64,000 nucleotides of DNA, taken from the human T2T-CHM13v2.0 reference genome, Homo sapiens. Shown here one piece after another: positions 31,789-44,600 of this stretch. Numbering within the stretch: position 1 is the stretch's first letter; the number at the start of each line of letters is the position of its first letter. The stretch lies in assembly GCF_009914755.1 (NCBI RefSeq), contig NC_060935.1. One strand, given 5' to 3'. Below the pieces are notes generated by a model. That model did no database searches and was not told the origin of the DNA. It was given only the letters and a program-made list of their open reading frames with translations. Both the position numbers and the translations under genes were made by a program.

Positions 31789-33296
31789 CCTGTTATATAT
31801 TTTCTGCAAGCAGAAAAATATGTCTAACTTAACATGGGTTGAGTGCATCAGCGACGCCCATCCTGGAAGGTGAGCCTAAGAGAGGTTTTGGAAACAACTG
31901 CAGATTGAATAGCTGCAGGATTGTATTATATCCTGAATTACCATACCAACCTACCTCTCAAAAGTTTTTTTTATTCGTGTGAAATTGCAGGACTGTAAGT
32001 CTTCATTGCCTATGACATTCTGTTTTATGGTCACAAAAAAAATTAAATGCAGAATTATTTTTGTGGCTTCAGAGTATGGGTACATAAATTGTAGTGATCA
32101 AGCAGTGCAGACAGCAGCCTCACTTATCCTACAGTACTGTCTTATTCTGAGTCCCCTGTAGGTTGAGGGAGAAGTGTTTGCTGCATCCTCACCCCAACCT
32201 AAAGAATATCAGAAAAATCCAGGCAGTCCCTTCTAAGCCCGTCCATTATCAAATCTGAGATTCGGGGCAATACAGGCTAAATAGAATAAGGATGCATTTA
32301 CTGAAAATAACCTACACTGTGAACTTTGATTTCAGTCATAGTTGAATCCATCTTATAATTGAAGTTGAACTTAGTTGATATTATCTAAAGCCTATTATTT
32401 TGAGTATATCAAATTTCTACCCAATAGTTTTTTTTAATCATGTAATAATTGCTTATTAAGCTTCTACTATGTACCAAGCATTGTGTTAAGTACTGGGAGT
32501 TGATTCAAAGAAAAAAATCAATCGCATTTGAGCCTCTAGGGTTACAATAGGAAGGTCAGACTTGGATAACCAGTTATACCAGAGTGAAAATCGCTGTGTT
32601 TTTGTTTCTCTTTTAATGAAATGCTCTGGTCTACTTTCAAGATTTTTCTTCTTCCTACATCTATTAAACTCTGGTGAAGCCTGAGATTTGATCATTGGCT
32701 TACTCCTTTTAATAGTCTAGATTTTTCTTTCTCCATCCAGGTGAGCTTATGATTTCTATGGTTTTGACTACCGCCAGTCAAACTCAATATCACTTTCTTC
32801 TTTCTTGGTTTTATTCTGCAAGTACTGGCACTTCTGTCAACTCATTTAAGTTATAAACCTGAGAGTTGTCAATTATTCCTATTTACACCCACTCCTCCTG
32901 CATCCAGTTAATTACCAAGTACTGAATATTTTCTCGTTAGTACTAATTTATTCCAACAGACCACTCCTAACTCTATCATTACGGCTTAAGAAAATTTTGA
33001 TTTCTTGATTTATATGCTCACCTCTAAGCTGTGCATCTGTGAGTCTAACCCTTTAAAATATAACATAAAGAACAGAACCATGGGTTATACCACAGTTCAG
33101 GCTCAAGACTGGCACACATGGAAGACAAATTCCAATGGCACTATTTGTATCGGCAACCACAAAATGCTGGTTGGAATTTGTGGCCTGAACACAAGCAAGT
33201 CGATCACCTGATAAAACAAAAATATCAACATCCTTTATAGGATTTTAACAAAGCACAAAGTCTTAGAACATAATAAAATAGAAAACATGTTTGCAA

Positions 33297-33975
33297 TGTG
33301 GATGAAAAAAGTCAAACTTGGTAAAATATTTAAAGAAGTTTATTCTGAGCCTTTATGAGGGACCATGACCCAAGGGACTCAAATTGTTTTATTTCTATTA
33401 GATATACCAGCATTAAGTAACAATCAACCTTCCAGTTTTTCAACTAAGAAAAATAATCAATAGACTGACTTTTAGACTGTGTTTACACTGGGCTTAGCAA
33501 CTCTGTTTTAGCTGTGTTTAACAACTCTGTTTTGCTGGAGTATCAAGCTCCCATAAATAACTCCATGGATAGTGGGCCTATTATATATTTTCTTTTTTGG
33601 TGTGGGGTGGAGGAGGGTAAACAGGGTCTCAAGAGGTCCTGAGAACATGTGCTCAAGGTGGTTGGGTTATAGCTTGGCTTTATATGTTTTAGGAAGACAT
33701 AAGAAGTCAGTCAATAAATGTGATGTGTACACTAGTTTGGTTCAGAAAGGTGGGGCAAGTTAAAGTGGAGGAGGATAGTCAGCTTACAGGTCATAGGTGG
33801 AGTCAAAGATTTTCTGAGTGGGAATTGGTTGAAAGAGTTAATATTATCTAAAGACTTGGAGTCCATAGAAAGGAATGTGTGGGTTAAGATTAGGGATTGT
33901 GGAGATCAAGATTCTCATTATGTAGGTCAAGTCTTATAGGTATCTACCCTTAGACACAATAGATGGCAAATGTTA
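33297..33975 (-). mobile_element. MER4-group ERV1 LTR (partial), interrupted by the duplicated segment
   Basis: tgtggatgaaaaaagtcaaac...tttattctgagcc and tctcaagaggtcctgagaacatgtg. Confidence 0.8.
33377..33631 (+). repeat. Inserted copy of 31266-31521
   Basis: Direct repeat, about 97 percent identical by manual alignment. Confidence 0.97.
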
Positions 33976-34696
33976 TGAGAGGATGAGGTGATTGAAGTTT
34001 AATCGACTTTAACAGTGTATCTTTTATTTATTTTTATTTTTATTCTTTGTAGTACAAGACTTGCAGCCTTTTTTCATTCAAATTAGGTGTTGAAGATGGT
34101 GACAAAATTCCCAAATGCTCGTTATGCCCTAATTAAGGAACAGAAATATGCAGGACCTTAACTTCCTGCCAATCACTGTCACTAAGCTCAGCTGAAAACA
34201 AGCTCCTTGAGATCGTTGCCAGCTTAAAATTACCACTCAAAGCTCAGGTCGGTTGTTTGAATAAATGACAAAATGATTGATTGAGGCTGGTCAAATGCAT
34301 ACTTGCTCCTATTTACAAGAAAAACCATGAAATAGCCATGCCAGTCTGGACAAAACGATCAAGTAGACAGTTGAGGTCATAATTCACCTTACATGCCGAT
34401 TAAAGGAAGCCAAGGTAAAGGCAGAGTATGACTTTGTGCTGTCTCCTAAATATATCAACACCAGTGCAAAGAGGGGAGCATAAGGGGTGAGAAATACACC
34501 AATCACAAAATCAAGATTCATCACATCAGATTGAAAATATCAGGAAGAATTGGAATTATAAAAATTAAGCTACCACAGACTTTCAAGAATCAAGCCAATG
34601 AAAAGATGTCAAATCTAAGTAGTGATACATAGATAAGTAAATCAAAGGTCCATCTGAATTTAGGTTTTAGGGCAAAACAGGGAAAGATAAAGAAAT

Positions 34697-34781
34697 ATAG
34701 TTGCCCCTCAGTATCTGTGAGGGACTGGTTCCAGGACCACCTATAAATACCAAAATCTGAAGATGCTCAAGACCCTTACAT
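34697..34781 (+). mobile_element. MER2 (TcMar-Tigger) fragment
   Basis: cccctcagtatctgtgagggactggttccaggac...gatgctcaag. Confidence 0.7.
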
Positions 34782-35668
34782 TTCAAAGAGGTGGTTACTA
34801 GTTTTTGAAAAAGACATTCCTGGTTTGTAATATCAGTAGAAGGTTTATAAAAAGATTTACATCTCATATATAAGTAGAAGCTTTATAAAAAGATTTACAT
34901 CTCAAATAGGCAGAGAAAGGTTTAAAATGACCAGTTTTCTAAAGCAAATGCTCAAGGAAAAGGGAGTTAGTCAAGTTGAGGAAAACATAAAGGCCATCTC
35001 AGTGGCAATGTAACACTATTGTTGCCTTCACTAAAGCAATGGAATATATATTTCAACACCTTTCTTTACTTAGGGTCCAATTATGCATTTTCCACTTAGA
35101 GCTCAAGCCTCAGGAATCCACGTATGTTTCTGCTTATGTTCTTGCCTTTGCTATTATCATAAGAACACGTCTAGGCTAGCTCACTGGTCACTGGGTGACC
35201 ATGTGACAAATATAGAACAGAACAACTCCCAGTTGACCACAGATACATGAGTGAATCCGTAGACCAGCCAATTCTCAGGCAATCTACAGACTCTTGAATT
35301 ATAATAATTAATGGCTATTGTTCTAAGCCACATTTTTAGAATGCTTTGTTACTTGGTAAGACTAACTGTTAAAATACACATGAGGTAGGGATGGCAAGAA
35401 CACTGTGGGAGAAATTATACTGCATGAAAAAGCTATGGTGAAATACCGTAGTATATACAGATGAATAACGTGAAGTAGGCCACACTGCAAATAGCCTTGT
35501 AAACTAAGACTTGGAGTGTAAATGCCATTAGATAGATAATGTGCTAATGTAAACAACTGTTATTTTCTGTGTACTTACTTTGGTCAGGCTCTGTGTTGAA
35601 ACTTAGAATAGATTAATTCAATCAAGCTCCCCATAGCACTGAAAAGTAAAAATCATTATAACCAGAGT

Positions 35669-36213
35669 GAAAAGTATAATTTAAAAGCTGTTGGAACCCC
35701 TCAAACTCTTTAAGCCTTGAGAGTGATATGACTGTAATTTGAGTCACATGTGGTTGCAATTTCTGTTTCTCATAAAGGAGAAATTGTTTTCTTGTTCTAT
35801 ACAATGACCAGATAAAATTAGAAGATGTCAGGGACAAAAACCTTCTGCCTCCTTAATTAAGTATCCTTGTTATGAATTAATTTTCCCTTTGTTGTCCTGC
35901 TGTTCTTGGACCAGATGACAGAAAATCCATGACTACTGCACCCTCTGTAAAAAATGCTAAATGTACACTTCACAAAAGAAACACTGCTTATAACCAATCA
36001 AATATGCACCAGTCTCATGTGAAAAATGTTGTAATCCTGCTAAAAACTCCTCTCTGTCTGCCCACATAAATGAAACCTTAAAATTCCCCACTTTGGAATG
36101 CTCGCTCTATTCCTTTGGAGTTGGTACTTTCAGGTGGTCCACTGTTATATTTTGCGCTAGAATAAACTCTCTTTTAATTAGATTCTGACCATTTTGATTA
36201 TTTTTGATCGATA
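35669..36213 (+). mobile_element. MER34-like ERV1 LTR
   Basis: aaagctgttggaacccc...aaccaatca...aataaactctc. Confidence 0.55.
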
Positions 36214-36719
36214 TCAGTTTTGCCTAAGAAACCTGAAAGGCAGAAAGTCTAAATAACTAGTTTCACCATTAATATTTAGCAGATCTAGAATCTAAATGTT
36301 GATCTAATTGACTTTAAAGCTCAAAGTCATTCTGCCTATGTTATGTGGCAGATTTCAATATAATTTTAGGGGAGAAGTATTAAAGGCTCTGTTGGTTTTA
36401 CAGTTAAAGTACTTAACTGCATATATGCCATGAATATTGCATTGTTAAAATTTTATTTTAACCCAAAGCTGTAATGAGAATGAGTCTCACATTTTGTAAA
36501 ACTTAGAAGTTAGATCCCATGCCTGATGAACTTGGAGCTCCAGTGAATAGATTGAAAGACAGATAATGGGGGTGGTGTTTTTTGTGTATGTCAACATATT
36601 ACAAGAAAGTGATGAGCTCAGGAAAACATTAGCTTGCTGGCAAACAGAAATAAATGAAATAGAGAGATTCTAGCAATTATGAATTTGCAATATTGTGAAA
36701 AGCATATATTTGCCAATTT

Positions 36720-37159
<440 letters not shown>

Positions 37160-39717
37160 TCATTTAAAAGCTAATGTGACTTCCACTCTAGAATAGCATG
37201 CCATTGCCTGATTTGAGAAGAAACAAGTGAAAAGAAAGGAAGTTAACTTCTTAGAAAGATAGGGTGCGAAGATGAAATTTAGTCAGTATATCCAGTACTA
37301 CAAAGGGGAGAATACACTGGGAAATAAACACAATAACAAAGTAAATTAATGAACATTCTCTAGACTGACATTCTCTGACAGTTTAGTAGGGGATGACTGG
37401 TGCTCTTTGACTTTAGGGAAATATTACCTTTAATCCATTCTGAGTCTAGGCTTACCAAGTAATCTTCTCATGGACAATTTGCCTATCCTGGTGTCTAGCA
37501 TCTGGAAAGGAGTGTCTTGGATCAGGGACTCAAACATCCCCATTATTTAAAAGGCATACTTCACATTACAAATATACACATGTGGAGTCTAGGTTTATCT
37601 GTCTCTTTCTTCTGCAATTAGTTTGTGAAAGTCTGTTACCAAGAGATAGAAGGTCTCTGAGGGAACAAGAACATCCCAGCTTTTGAGCAGAAGAGACTCT
37701 TTCCATCTTTATTTCACAGCGACCAGCAGATTCTGCTCTTCAGGTTGGCATTTCCCTCTCCACAGCTGAGGTAACTGACTGTTGGGTGGCAAGGATCCTG
37801 AGCTAAATGCTACAAGACATCCTACCTGGCACAAGTTTATATATGCCTCTTACGAAGAAGATAACCTTTAATACAGACATGCATTTCAGTAAAACATCAC
37901 AAGATAACAAGTGAGAGGAATAGCAATAGCATGACAACTACCTGGAAACCCCCAGATGGCTAACAACCCCCTGCCAAAGAGAGAAAATATTACCTAATCT
38001 GGACAGCTGCTCTCAGATCAATAAACTATACATGGTGTTCAACAACAAAGTCTGTGGCTGCGTGTGCTGCCATACACATACATCCACCCACTCCACACCC
38101 ACACACCCACACACATATACTATATATTTCTGTCTATGAAGTGGGTGCCATTGAGACAAATAACATACTGAACAAGAGACCAGAATCCTCACTTAAATTG
38201 GATCATTTTGGGAAACTATCACTTGATCCTCAATTTCTTATTCTATAAAGCACAGAGGCAAGAGGAAGAGAAGAATGAAAAATATTTCAAAGTATTATAA
38301 AGATCAAATGGGATGATAGATACAAAACACTTAGGACCATGCCTGACAAATCATAAAGTCTCAATATCACTTGTCTATATTCAGTTCAATAAACACTGAA
38401 CCACAGTCATAAATTCATGGTACCTGAACTCATTCATTTACTTATTTTATGGAGCACCTCTCATGTGCCAGCCACAGCTATGAAGGATGCAAGAATGAAT
38501 AAATCATGCTTCCTGCCTTTCAGAAGTTCACTTTTTATCAAGGGAGAAAGACATGCAAATCAATAACTGTAACTAGTATGATGGAACTCCAATTGTCCAC
38601 ATATAAACTCAGACAAAAGGCTCAAAGAAAAGCTTCACAGAATGGTGGCTTCTTGGTCCGTTTCTTGGTGCATGATACTTAGTTCAAGCCTTGGAAGAGC
38701 AGGAAAAAGCATGTAGTTCCACCTCTTTACACCATTCTCACCTAGTGATTTCCTCTTCTTTGTTGAATGTTGTCTTGAACTTCTGAGAAATGGGGAAGGG
38801 ACATGAAAATCTAGTAGTTGTTCAGCATTTTAGTGTGCCAGTTGCTTTACGTATAATTTAATATATGACATAGCTAGAATTAAATGACTTTAAATTTTTA
38901 AAACAATAGACATCTTGGTAGCTATTGTGTTTATCTCCTTGGCAAATTCCCACTATTCCCATCCTTCAGAGGATAGATTTCCCCTTTTGAAAAATGCTAG
39001 TAGACTCCTTTGCTCACACGAATTGACTGTTTGGATGGAAAAGGAGGGGCATTCAAAATCATTTCACTGGCTATGTTTGTTGGAGGTAAGAAGAAAGTTT
39101 CCCCCATTTTTTCAATTCCATTAATTCTAAGCCTCAGAACAACTAGGTGCTTTTTCCATGCCCCATGATGGTTTGAAGAGAAAGAGGAAAAGAAAGAAAA
39201 GATGGAGAGAAAAGAGCATCCTAATGATATCAAATCCCCTATTCTAGTCCCTGAAATGCTGGAGTCGGCCTAGTATCTTTGCCTCCTGGTCCTGTGAAGC
39301 ATCAGTATGTTTCTAATAAAACCCTTTATTTAAAAAGTTGACTTTCTAAACACAACATAAGTAGTCCTTACTAATGCAGATTATACAGTCACCGAGAATG
39401 GTGAAGATTTGAACTCAGATGTGTCTGGCTCCATAGCCTGTGCTCGTGTTTACAAATGGGAATGCTCTATAGTCATGTGAGCTCTTTGAATTTCTCACCA
39501 TTTGCTCCTGGACATTCATTTGTCAGTTATTTTGCTTGCAGGACATATACGTGTCTAGAGCATGCTAAAGTAAATGATGGAATTGCTTGCTAACGACATC
39601 AGGGAGAGGAAAACAATATTTGGACTAATTGAAAGAAGGCAATGTAAAGCATTACCAACGTGTGTGAGCTCTGAGCCTTGTCTGCCTACTTTCAAATCTT
39701 GGCTTAATAGTTATGCA

Positions 39718-40445
39718 GTTATAGGGCCAAGGGAAAACTTCCCTTTGCCTTCTGAAGGTTTGATAAAAAATCAATACTCAAAGGGCAGATTTATAGCAGA
39801 AAAGTCATACAAATGTATTAGCATGCATAGAGGGAAACTCACAGAGGATTTCCCCACCACGCAATGGAGCATAGATGGTATATACCCTTCTTCTTAGGGG
39901 AAAGGGATATGGGGAAGTCTGCATAAGTTTAGGGGGATAGTAAATAATTTTTAGGGAAATTCAGTGGGCTTGAATTAGATAAGATGGAAATTTATAACTT
40001 GTTTTGTAGAAGTGTTGTGCCCTTGAACAAACCCTAATCCAAACTTATGAGACAAGTTCAAGTCTTTGCTGAGCTTTATTCCAAAGTTATTGATATAAGC
40101 CCTCAATGAAGTAATGAAATTATAAGGAAGACATTGTGGAATTAACTAAAAAATAGCAAACTTTTCAAAGAGCAGACCCTATGGAAGGATCTTTTTTTCC
40201 TGCAATATGAGCTCAGTTAATGAAAACTCTGGGAAGAGATCAGAGGTACATGTTGTCTTCTTTTGCAGGTCTAGACTTTAGGCAGATGAGGAAACTTCAG
40301 AGAACAACTTCTTCCTGTGCTTTGGGATAGACAGAAGATTGAGAGATAGAAAAAAGGAGGGGAAGTCAGGGAGACCTTGAGGCTTCTTAAGTTCAGTATG
40401 TTATAGTGCCATATTTTGAGGCATTGGTTTCTGAGCCTCAAGACA
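39718..40445 (-). mobile_element. MER31/MER67-like LTR inserted in a MIR
   Basis: agggaaaacttccctttgccttctgaagg; MIR halves on both sides. Confidence 0.5.
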
Positions 40446-40589
40446 GTCTTTCTCAAATTTTTCTCATTTGTACAATGAGGGAAAGGATCACCCATCTCAT
40501 AGGATTGCTGTGAAGATTAAATGAGTTAGTGCTTTTAAAGCACTCTAGTTACAGCTAGTGGTTTCTTGATAAACACCAGATTTTTGTAT

Positions 40590-41820
40590 GAACATTAAAC
40601 CAAAATATTTTACCCTAAAATATTTTAAGATGGCTATTCAGAAAGGCTAGAAAAGCAGCAACATCTGAAAAGCTGTCTTTTGTGGAGGGTATTTGCATTT
40701 GTAGAGAAAATTTGCGTTGATGTAGTCAGGCTTTCTCTGACATTCCCCGTTGTCAAGATCTAAGAAAGATGAACTGAGTCTGACACCTTTAAAGGTCTGA
40801 AAGAAAGATTTACCATCTATTCTCTCTGAGGGCTGCTACCTGTAAGGTTTCATGTACATAGCAAGACCACCTTTGGAAGCCAAGCCTCTTCTTCTCTCTT
40901 TCCCATAACTTGTCTTGACACCACAACCCATTTTGTTACCATAACCTGTTTTGCGACCATAACCTGTTTTGTCACAATCTAAACTTACATTTTTTTCTGT
41001 AGCCTCAAGATGGTATTGTAGGGGCTGAGAAAAAACTTCCCCTCTGCCCTTTGAAGGTTTGTTGAAAAATCATTGACAAAAGACAGGTTAATAGCAGAAA
41101 ACCACACAAATTTATTTGATGATAATTTTACAGGAGCTTTCACATTGAAGACCCAAAGATACAGGATAAACTGTCCATTTTTGTGCTAGGTTTAACGAAG
41201 TATGGGCAGCCGTATAGAGCTATGACTAGAAAAAAATGGGTATGATCTAACACTGATAGACTGAGTGGGAAAATCCAGCAAGGCCTGTCTGTTCAGATTT
41301 TTCTTGGCCTCTCTGTGTAGCATTCCTTTCTTCTGGGTATGGAGAAGACCCTCTCTGTAATGGGGTCCTTATATCCTACAATCAAACAAGGTAGGACAGA
41401 TAACTTATTTTTCACCAATTAATACACAGAAAGGTTGTTGTGATGTTGAAATTGGAGCAATATTTTTAGGTTTTATGGCTGATTTGTGGTGAAAGGGTTT
41501 CTGGTTTCTGTGATCCACCTTGGAGAAGAATGATTCTAATTCTTATGGCTAGTCTCAAGGAGGCAAAAAGCTGAAGACAAAAGGGCATGAGTTCAGAGAG
41601 AGTTACTCCTGAAGCTTTCATTCTGGGGCATTATTTTCTGAGAACTTACAGTATAAAAGTGTCAGCTATCTTCTTTTTCTTTACAGTTTGCTATTTTGAT
41701 AAGTTTCCCATGCACATTAATACATTTGTATGGTCTTTCTTCTGTTAATCTGCTTTTTGTAAGTTAATTTTTCAGTGACCCTTCAGAGGGTGATGGGGAA
41801 GTTTTCTTTTGGCCTCTAGT
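40590..41820 (+). mobile_element. MER39-like LTR hosting a nested LTR
   Basis: atttgcatttgtagagaaaatttgcgttgatgtagtcagg; ends ggaagttttcttttggcctct. Confidence 0.6.
41017..41650 (-). mobile_element. MER31/MER67-like solo LTR, nested
   Basis: tg...ca ends with 4-bp TSD gtat. Confidence 0.7.
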
Positions 41821-44600
41821 ACATGTATTTATTTATCTGGGATAAATGCCCAATAATATAATTGCTGAGTTATATGGGAATTGCATGTTTATTTCATAAT
41901 AAGCTGTCAAATGGTTTTCCAGGGTTACTCTTTTATTTTTACAGTCCCACCAGCATTGTATGAGTAATCTTGTTTCTCCATATCCTTGCCAATATTTGCC
42001 ATCTTTTTTTAGTTTTAGCCATTCTGATGGGATATTAGTGATATCTCACTGTGGTTTTAAGTTGCGTTTATCTAGTGGCTAATGACATTGAACATGTTTT
42101 GTGTGCTTATTTGTCATCTGTGCATCATCTTTGGCAAAAGTTCTGTTCATATCCTTTGCGTATTTCTTAATTTTTAAAAAAATCGTTCAGTTTCAAGAGT
42201 TATTTATATATTTGACATTTTAGTTCTTTGTCAGATATATGGCTTGTAAATGTATTCTACTAGTCTGAAGCTTGTCTCTTCATATTTTTAACATAATCTT
42301 CCACAGGGCAAAAGTTTAAACTTTACTAAAGTTCAATTTACCATTTTTTTCTTTCATGAATTATATTTTTGGTTTCAAGTCTAAGAACTCTTTCTTTAGA
42401 TCTTCCTGAATTGCAATTATTTTGCCCCCTTTTTAAGTTTTATAATTGTATGTTTTACATTTAATTCCATAATTAATTTTAGTTTTTTTGTATAAGGTGT
42501 GAAACACTGGCGAGGTTCAATATTTTGTCTATGGTTGTTCAATTGCTTTAGTGCCATTTTTTAAAAGGTCTACCCTTCCTCTATTGAAGTGCTTTTCCAT
42601 ATTTGCCAAAAAACAGTTGACTATATTTGTATGAATATATTTCTAGGTTTTAAAGTGTGTTCTATTTATAATGTGACTATTCCTCTGCCAGTACCAGGCC
42701 ATTTTGATTACCAAAGCTATATAATAAGCTGGAATATCTGGTACAGTGATTTCTCTCACTTTATTCTTATTTATAAAGATATTTAAGCTACATTGGGATC
42801 TGTGCCTTTCAATATAAATTTTAGAATACTCCAGTCAATATCTACAATATTTGAATGGATTTTGATAGGATTTCAATAAATCTTGACATCAATTTAGAGA
42901 GAATTAAAACTTTATTATGTTGAAGCTTTCAATCTATGAGCATGATATGTCTCTTCATTTATTTTAATCTTCTTTAATTTCTTTCACTACATTTTGTAAT
43001 TTTTAGCATACAGATTCTGTACATAATTTGATAATTATATTCCTAAATATTTAATTTTATTTGCCATGATTTTAAATGGTACTATGTTTTTAATTTCGGT
43101 TTTTATATGTTCATTGTTAGTAGAAATGTGAAACACTTGTGACTTTGCTAAACTCACTTATTCATTGTAGGAAAATTTTAAAGCATTCCTTGAGATGTTT
43201 TACATAGACAATTGTGTCATCTGCGAATAGAGAAAAAAATTTTCTTCCTTTTATAGTGAGAAACAATGGATACTTCTGTATGTCTTATATCTTTCTTTTG
43301 ATTTATTGCAGTGCCTAGTACTTTCAGTTCTATGTTGAACTATAGTGATTACAATAGACATTTTTTTCCTGTTCATTTCTTAGTTAGAAACTATTGAGCC
43401 TTTCACCATTCCATTTCCCTCTTAATAAGGACACATGTCATTACAATGGGCTTGCATGGGTAATTCCATAATGATTTCCCCATTTTAGATCTTTAGTCAC
43501 ATTTGTAAAGTCTCTTTCACTAAACAAGGTACCATACTCATAGGTTCTGTGATTAGAATGTGTACATTTTCTTTGGAGGGGGGTAGTTATTTATTCTACT
43601 ACCAGCTCCATGTATTTTGCTCCATGTATTTTGAGGCTCAGCCATTGGTGTGTACACATTTAGGACCCATATGTCTTTCTGACGGATTGATTATTTTATC
43701 ATTATATAATGTCCTTCTTTGTCCCTAGTAATTTTCTTTGCTCTGAAGTCCCCTTTATTTGATATTCATATGACTCCTTTTGCTTTTATTTTATTTTTTG
43801 ACCTTCATGGGCTGTAATATTTTGCTTTTATTTTTGATTCATGTTGGCACGGTATATTTTTTCTAACATTTTATTTCAACTTATCTATGTTGTTAAATTT
43901 CAAGTTAGTTTCTTGTGAGTAACATATAGTTAGGTTGTGTGTGTGTGTGTGCATGTGTGTGTGTGCATGTGTGTGTGTGTGTGTGTGTATGTGTTTTACC
44001 CGCTCTGCCAATCTGTCTCTTGTTGATCTGTTAAATCATTCACATATTAGTTAATTACTGATATGTTAGTGCTCAACTATGCCATTTTATAACTTGTTTT
44101 CTTTTAGTTTCTTCTGTTTCTCATTCTGCTGTTTCTCTGCTTCTCTTTTCTTGTATTTCTGTAGGTCACTTGAAAGGTTTTTTTCTGGATTCCATCTTTA
44201 TTTGCTTATTATGTTTTTGAGTGTATCTCTTGTATACTTTTCATAGTGGTTGCTCTGAGTATTAAAATATGTATTTGTGACTTATAACAGTGTACTTATA
44301 TCAACGTTTCTTCACAATTATAAAAATCTCATATCCATTTAGGTCATTTTATCTCCTCCACTTTTAAAATGTCCTTTTTTCAATATCAAATAGGGTTAAT
44401 AGAACTCATAAGGAAAAAGCATAGTGATTGCAGCATTAGGAAAGAAGAAGAAACAACAGAGCCAAAAGGGGGGTACAGGTAATCACTATGCTTTTTCCTT
44501 ATGAGTTTTACTAACTCTATTTCCTGATTGAAACACAATTATAACATCATTTCATACTCAAAAAAGCTTAATTTAGCCAGTCATTAAGAGTAGGTCCACC
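41820..44600 (-). mobile_element. Old L1M fragments (with an MLT1 fragment at ~43410-43605 and a TG repeat at 43936-43992)
   Basis: Antisense ORF2 motifs (tcccaccagcattgtatgag, gatatctcactgtggtttt). Confidence 0.75.
44388..44522. repeat. Inverted repeat, 42-bp arms, ~51-bp spacer
   Basis: 44388-44429 vs reverse complement of 44481-44522, 3 mismatches. Confidence 0.95.

Noticed and set aside
34834-34903. 32-bp tandem duplication (similar ones at 31377-31423 and 56919-56978)
   Set aside because: Ordinary slippage duplications; no spacer structure, not CRISPR-like
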